From Octopus sinensis (lineage: Eukaryota), in the NCBI RefSeq assembly GCF_006345805.1, contig NW_021836390.1:1-25186 (forward strand): a DNA stretch of 25,186 nt. The letters run 5' to 3'. The notes beneath the pieces are model-generated. The model was not told where the DNA came from, made no database searches, and worked only from the letters and a program-made list of their open reading frames with translations. Position 1 is the stretch's first letter, and each line of letters opens with the position of its first letter. Made by a program: the position numbers and the translations under genes. Below are positions 18,873-25,186 of this stretch, in pieces.

Positions 18873-20292
18873 GCATATACAGCTGCGTGCGTGCACACAT
18901 ACACGTGAGTACTGTCCAAGTCTCCGACCACTCACATACAGTTAGCTGGCATTCAATTGGCGCATCAAGTTTCGGGCATTTTGATTGGGTTTTGGATAGA
19001 AAATTCACAAAAAAAGTCACTTCTATTGATTTTTAATGGCTTTACGGGGTGATGGGGAAATGAAAGATGTGCACGACCACCCTGGACGGTTTTGAATAAC
19101 CATAGAAAGTGCGAGCCCTCTAACTGAAAAATTGTGGATTTGTATAAAGGATACACACACAGACAGACATTTTGCCATTTATATATATATATATATATAT
19201 TTAATGGCTTTGCGGGGTGACTGGGGAAATGTAAAGATGTGCACGAGCACCCTTGGACGGTTTTGAATAACCATAGAAAGTGCGAGCCCTCTAACTGAAA
19301 AATTGTGGATTTGTATAAAGGATACACACACACAGACAGACATTTTGCCATTTATATATATATATATATACTTAATGGCTTTGCGGGGTGACTGGGGAAA
19401 TGTAAAGATGTGCACGACCATCCTTGGACGGTTTTGAATAACCATAGAAAGTGCGAGCCCTCTAACTGAAAAATTGTGGATTTGTATAAAGGACACGCAC
19501 ACAGACATTTTGCCGTTTATATATACAGAGATTTGCGGGGTGACTGGGGAAATGTAAAGATGTGCACGACCACCCTTGGACGGTTTCGAATGACCATAGA
19601 AAATGCGAGCCCCCTAACTGAAAAATTGTGGATTTGTATAAAGGACACGCACACAGACATTTTGCCGTTTATATATACAGAGATTTGCGGGGTGACTGGG
19701 GAAATGTAAAGATGTGCACGACCACCCTTGGACGGTTTCGAATGACCATAGAAAATGCGAGCCCCCTAACTGAAAAATTGTGGATTTGTATAAAGGACAC
19801 GCACACAGACATTTTGCCGTTATATATACAGAGATTTGCGGGGTGACTGGGGAAATGTAAAGATGTGCACGACCACCCTTGGACGGTTCGAATGACCATA
19901 GAAAATGCGAGCCCCCTAATGAAAAATTGTGGATTTGTATAAAGGACCACGCACACAGACATTTTGCCGTTTATATATACAGAGATTTGCGGCGGGACTG
20001 GGGTGGGGAAATGTAAAGATGTGCACGACCACCCTTGGACGGTTCGGATGACCATAGAAAATGCGAGCCCCCTAACTGAAAAATTGGGATTTGTATAAAG
20101 GACACGCACACAGACATTTTGCCGTTTATATATACAGAGATTTGCGGGGTGACTGGGGAAATGTAAAAGATGTCACGACCACCCTTGGACGGTTTCGAAT
20201 TGACCATAGAAAATGCGAGCCCCCTAACTGAAAAATTGTGGATTTGTATAAAGGACACGCACACAGACATTTTGCCATTTATATATAGAGAG
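18873..20292 (-). mobile_element. Helitron-like element with 8 tandem copies of its 5' terminal 150-170 bp
   Basis: Units start near 19033, 19201, 19372, 19531, 19683, 19834, 19985 and 20140. Minus-strand unit ends read (TCTC)T(G)TATATATAAA(C/T)GGCAAAATGTCTGT, like the other Helitron 5' ends here. No CTAG end found. Confidence 0.7.
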
Positions 20293-20530
20293 ACAATAAA
20301 TGTGTAGAGATAACCTGTTGAGATTTAACAGCACTGCTAACACAGTAGAACTCAGTACTGACTTAGAAAAACGTTTAATACAATTCGTAGTATATTACGG
20401 TTCTATATCGAATTACGGTGTCTCTTTCGGTCATTAATGTTTCCGTATCAGCTTTCAGGAATGTGTCTGATATATAAAATTAGTCAACCTGATAATGTTA
20501 CACTGCCATATTTAGTGGCTGATTAAGCGA
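20293..20530 (+). repeat. Continuation of the LINE-derived scaffold
   Basis: AGCACTGCTAACACAGTAGAAC shared with about 16840; 20430-20526 is an inverted paralog of 16245-16370. Confidence 0.7.
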
Positions 20531-20617
20531 TGAGTCCGTGGATGATTAAGCTTACTTGTTTATTCTTCCGCCCTTTATTACTTGTAGCGCACACTTATCT
20601 ATTCCGAACTTCATATA

Positions 20618-21420
20618 GATCTTTTCGGTTTGACCGGCAGTTTTTTTTTAAATAATTTCCACGTAACTAAACACTTTTAAATTTCGTATACTGGTAGAAT
20701 GTGTTTATAAAACATCTTTTTCTCTGAGCTTTATTGAGAAAATTCTATAGTTTGTAAGATATTTGTTGTTGTTTTTTCTTCAATTTCTGCAATTTCAACC
20801 AATCAATGATGTCTATTGAGGTGAAAACATTCTGTGCCGTATGAATATCCATCGTTTAAGAAACATGGATCTTTTCGGTTTCACCGGCAATTTTAGAATA
20901 ATTCCACGTAACTAAACACTTTAAACTTCGTTACTGGTAGAATGTGTTATAAAACATCTTTTTCTCTGAGCTTTATTGAGAAAATTCTATAGTTTGTAAG
21001 ATATTTGTTGTGTTTTTTCTTCAATTTCTGCAATTTCAACCAATCAATGATGTCTATTGAGGTGAAAACATTCTGTGCCGTATGAATATGTCCATCGTTT
21101 AAGAAACATGGATCTTTTCGGTTTCACCGGCAATTTTTAGAATAATTTCCACGTAACTAAACACTTTTAAACTTCGTATACTGGTAGAATGTGTTTATAA
21201 AACATCTTTTTCTCTTGGCTTTTTTGAGAAAATTCTATAGTTTGTAAGATATTTGTTGTTTTTTTTCTTCAATATCTGCAATTTCAACCAATCAATGACG
21301 TCTATTGAGGTGAAAACATTCTGTGCCGTATGAATATGTCCGTCGTTTAAGAAACAGATTGGGTTTATTTACATTTGTGAAGAAAAAAAGATACCCTTCT
21401 CTCCACCCCTAATCCTGATA
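20618..21420 (+). repeat. Three tandem units of about 245 bp, unclassified element
   Basis: Units start GATCTTTTCGGTTT at 20618, 20868 and 21111; only the last continues into a unique end. Confidence 0.9.
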
Positions 21421-21523
21421 ACACTTCCAATCAGTTAAGATCAGAAGCCATGAGAGCCACTGCCTTGTAGTGCATCAGGGCATCATTATTATTATTATTA
21501 TTATTATCATCATTATTATAATA

Positions 21524-21921
21524 GGCGCAGGAGTGGCTGTGTGGTAAGTAGCTTGCTAACCAACCACATGGTTCCGGGTTCAGTCCCACTGCGTGGCATC
21601 TTGGGCAAGTGTCTACTGCTAAAGCCTCGGGCCGACCAAAGCCTTTTGAGTGGATTTGGTAGATGGAAACTGAAAGAAGCCTGTCGTATATATGTATATA
21701 TATATATGTTTGTGTGTCTGTGCTTGTCCCCCTAGCATTGCTTGACAACCGATGTTGGTGTGTTTACGTCCCCGTCACTTAGCGGTTCAGCAAAATAGAC
21801 CGAGAGAATAAGTACTGGGCTTACAAAAGAATAAGTGCCGGGGTCGAGTTGCTCGATTAAAGGCAGTGCTCCAACATGGCCGCAGTCAAATGACTGAAAC
21901 AAGTAAAAAGAGTAAAAGAGT
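21524..21921 (+). mobile_element. SINE family A, full length, inside (ATT)n
   Basis: Complete head and tail. Confidence 0.95.
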
Positions 21922-21959
21922 ATTATTATAATTGTTGTTGTTGTTATTGATATTATTAT

Positions 21960-22165
21960 GGCGGCCGAGTTGGCAGAGTCGTTAAGCACGCCGGACAAAA
22001 CGCTTAGCGGCATTTTGTCCGTTTTTACGTGCTGAGTTCAAACTCTCCGAAGGTCAACTTTGCCTTTTATCCTCCCGGGTTCAATGAAATAAGTATCGGT
22101 CGAACACTGGTGCCGATGTAATCGAGTGGCACCCTCCCTCACAATTTCAGCCCAGGTGTCTATAA
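21960..22165 (+). mobile_element. Older SINE family E monomer
   Basis: GGCGGCCGAGTTGGCAGAGTCGTTAAGCACGCCGG head with a diverged core. Confidence 0.8.
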
Positions 22166-22179
22166 TATTTAAAAATTTT

Positions 22180-22682
22180 TTTATTCTTTTACTTGTTTCA
22201 GTCATTTGGTTGCGGCCATACTGGAGCACCGCCTTTAGTCGAGCAAATCGCCCCAGGACTTATTCTTTGTATATATATATTATATAATATATATATATAT
22301 ATTATATATATAATATATACATACGAGGGGTTCTTTCAGTTTCCGTCTACCAAATCCTTTCACAAGGCTTTGGTAGGCCGAGGCTATAGCAGTAGACACT
22401 TGCCCAAGGTGCCACGCAGGGGGACTGAACCCGGAACCATGTGGTTGGTAAGCAAGCTACTTACCACACAGCCACTCCTGCGCCTATATATATAATATAT
22501 ATATATATATTATATAATATATACGAGGGGCATCTTCAGTTTCCGTCTACCAAATCCACTCACAAGGCTTTGGTCGGCCTGAGGCTATAGAAGACACCTG
22601 CTTTAGTTGCTACGCAGTGGGACTGAACCCGGAACCATGTGGTTGGTAAGCAAGCTACTTACCACACAGCCACTCCTGCGCC
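22180..22682 (-). mobile_element. SINE family A: two 5' modules (22522-22682, 22322-22485) plus a 3' end (22180-22270), middle deleted
   Basis: Read by comparison with the full copies. Confidence 0.88.
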
Positions 22683-22706
22683 TATAATAGAAAATATAAT
22701 AATAAC

Positions 22707-22739
<33 letters not shown>

Positions 22740-23035
22740 TAGTATTATTGTTGTAGTTGTTGTCGTTGATGTTATTTCTTTATGATTACAGCCGTTGATA
22801 TATATTAATATTTATGCATTGTAATTATCCTTTATTAAAATCCCTCCCAAATCCCCTTCCTCCTCCTCCTCCTCATCATCATCTACATAAGTGATCTACG
22901 TCCTTACACGGCACCCGAAGCTGGCACCGCATATTCTACCGTTTAATGTCTCTACGTTTACAGAAGGCCTTCCTGTTATTCACGGTTTGTCTTCCTTATG
23001 GATTTCAAAGTGCAACAAACATGTCCACGTTAATT

Positions 23036-23985
23036 GCATACATACATACATACATACAAACATACATACATAAATACATATATACATACATACATACAAA
23101 CATATATACATACATACAAACATACATACATACATACATAAATACATATATACATACATACATACATAAATACATATATACATACATACATACAAACATA
23201 TATACATACATACATACATACAAACATACATACATAAATACATATATACATACATACATACAAACATATATACATACATACAAACATACATACATACATA
23301 CATAAATACATATATACATACATACATACATAAATACATATATACATACATACATACAAACATATATACATACATACATACATACAAACATACATACATA
23401 ATACATATATACTACACTACATACATAAATACATACATACATACATACATAAATACATATACATATAATACAAACTATATACTACATACATTATACCATA
23501 CATACTATACCTACATATATACATACATACATACATAAATACATATATACATACATAAAACACAATATACAAAAATATAAAAAAAAAACATATATACATC
23601 ATACATATATACATACATACATAATAATACATATATACATACACATACATAAATACATATATACATACATACATACATAAATAATATATACATACATACA
23701 TACAAACATATATACATACATACCTACATACAAACAAACATACAACATAAATACATATATACATACATACATACATAAATACATATATACATTACAACAT
23801 ACATAAATACATATATACATACATACATACAAACATATATACATACATACATACATACAAACATATATACATACATACAAACATACATATATACATACAT
23901 ATATATATACATACATACGTACATACAAACATATAAACATACATACATACAAACATACAAACATACATACATACATACATACAGA
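23036..23985. repeat. Long (TACA)n-type microsatellite
   Basis: Read directly from sequence. Confidence 0.97.
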
Positions 23986-24109
23986 CAGGTGTATGTGTCT
24001 GTGTGTGTGTGTGTTTGTATGTGTGTGTGCATCTACAGGCAAGCATAATTGTATATACTCACATCGAATTATGAATAATGAGAACAGTTGAGCACAATAA
24101 TTAATTTGT

Positions 24110-24188
24110 AATTATATATATTATTATTATATATATATATATAATATATATATATATATATCTATATATATGTATGTTTGTGTGTGGG

Positions 24189-24227
<39 letters not shown>

Positions 24228-24901
24228 ATCTATATATGCAAATACACACGAAATGAATATAAAATGTGTTTGGCTTATATATTTATTCTATGCATATGTA
24301 TCATAAGTATATATATATACATACACACACACAATATATATTATATATATATATTATATATATATTTGTGTGTATGTATACATATATACAATGTGTATAT
24401 ATAAACATACATATATATTTATACATATATACATAGGTATATATGTATATATACATATACATATATATATATATATATATATACGTATATATGCATGTGT
24501 GTATATATATATATACACACACATATATGAACATGTAGTATATACAGAAATACATAAAAACATACATGTTATAGGCAACATAACTGCATTTAAATAATTT
24601 CATCTGTTTACAGTTATATAATTACTCATATATGTATACTTACATACATCTATATATATATACATGCATATATATATACATATATATATACACATATATA
24701 TATATATACATACACATATACATATATATATACAGACATATCTATACATACATACACATATACATATATATATACAGACATATCTATACATATATATATA
24801 TATATATATACACAGACATATATATATATACAGACATATATATATATATAGACGTATATATATATACATATATATATATATATACACATATATATATATA
24901 C

Positions 24902-24932
<31 letters not shown>

Positions 24933-24988
24933 CACATATCTATATACATATCTATATATATACACATATATACATATATATGTATGCA

Positions 24989-25028
<40 letters not shown>

Positions 25029-25060
25029 CACATACAGACACACACACATATACTCATACA
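24110..25060. repeat. Low-complexity (TA)/(TG)/(CA) tracts
   Basis: Read directly from sequence. Confidence 0.95.
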
Positions 25061-25186
25061 TGAACAAAATGAGGTGAACATTGTTTCGGCGGGTAGACAG
25101 ACAGCCACCCAGGGGTGTAGAAAACTGTAGCTACAACTTGACACCCTCTCGTACCCGACGTCTTTGGGGGAATGTGTCTTAGTGAT

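Noticed and set aside
22946-25144. Many long ORFs rich in Y/I/C/V/M/H/T (also near 1869-2511, 11238-11861 and 14574-15026)
   Set aside because: They are stop-free translations of microsatellites.
25085-25186. Possible old SINE 3' fragment (CACCCAGGGGTGTAGAAAAC)
   Set aside because: Too short and diverged, and cut by the window edge.

Overview
Eukaryotic, AT-rich, gene-poor DNA made almost entirely of nested transposable elements and microsatellites. The repeat families look like those I associate with Octopus (cephalopod) genomes; this is recognition from memory, not a database result. I find no intact host gene: the listed ORFs are read-throughs of microsatellites or SINEs. The oldest layer is decayed R4/Dong-like (RLE-type) LINE coding sequence (at least 6 remnants) plus a mariner transposase remnant. 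On top of it sit five tRNA-derived SINE families (labelled A-E here), non-autonomous Helitrons, a hAT-type MITE and Penelope-like terminal fragments. Highlights: (i) two degenerate minimal type-I hammerhead ribozyme motifs (6061-6095 +; 10290-10327 -), one a U3:A8-like core variant; (ii) a GC-rich repeat with cUUCGg hairpins suggesting a structured minus-strand RNA (6266-6700); (iii) SINE-E arrays with one head and up to 7 bodies sharing one junction; (iv) a SINE-B/SINE-A composite present twice in inverted orientation; (v) a tandem duplication with a chimeric SINE at the crossover.
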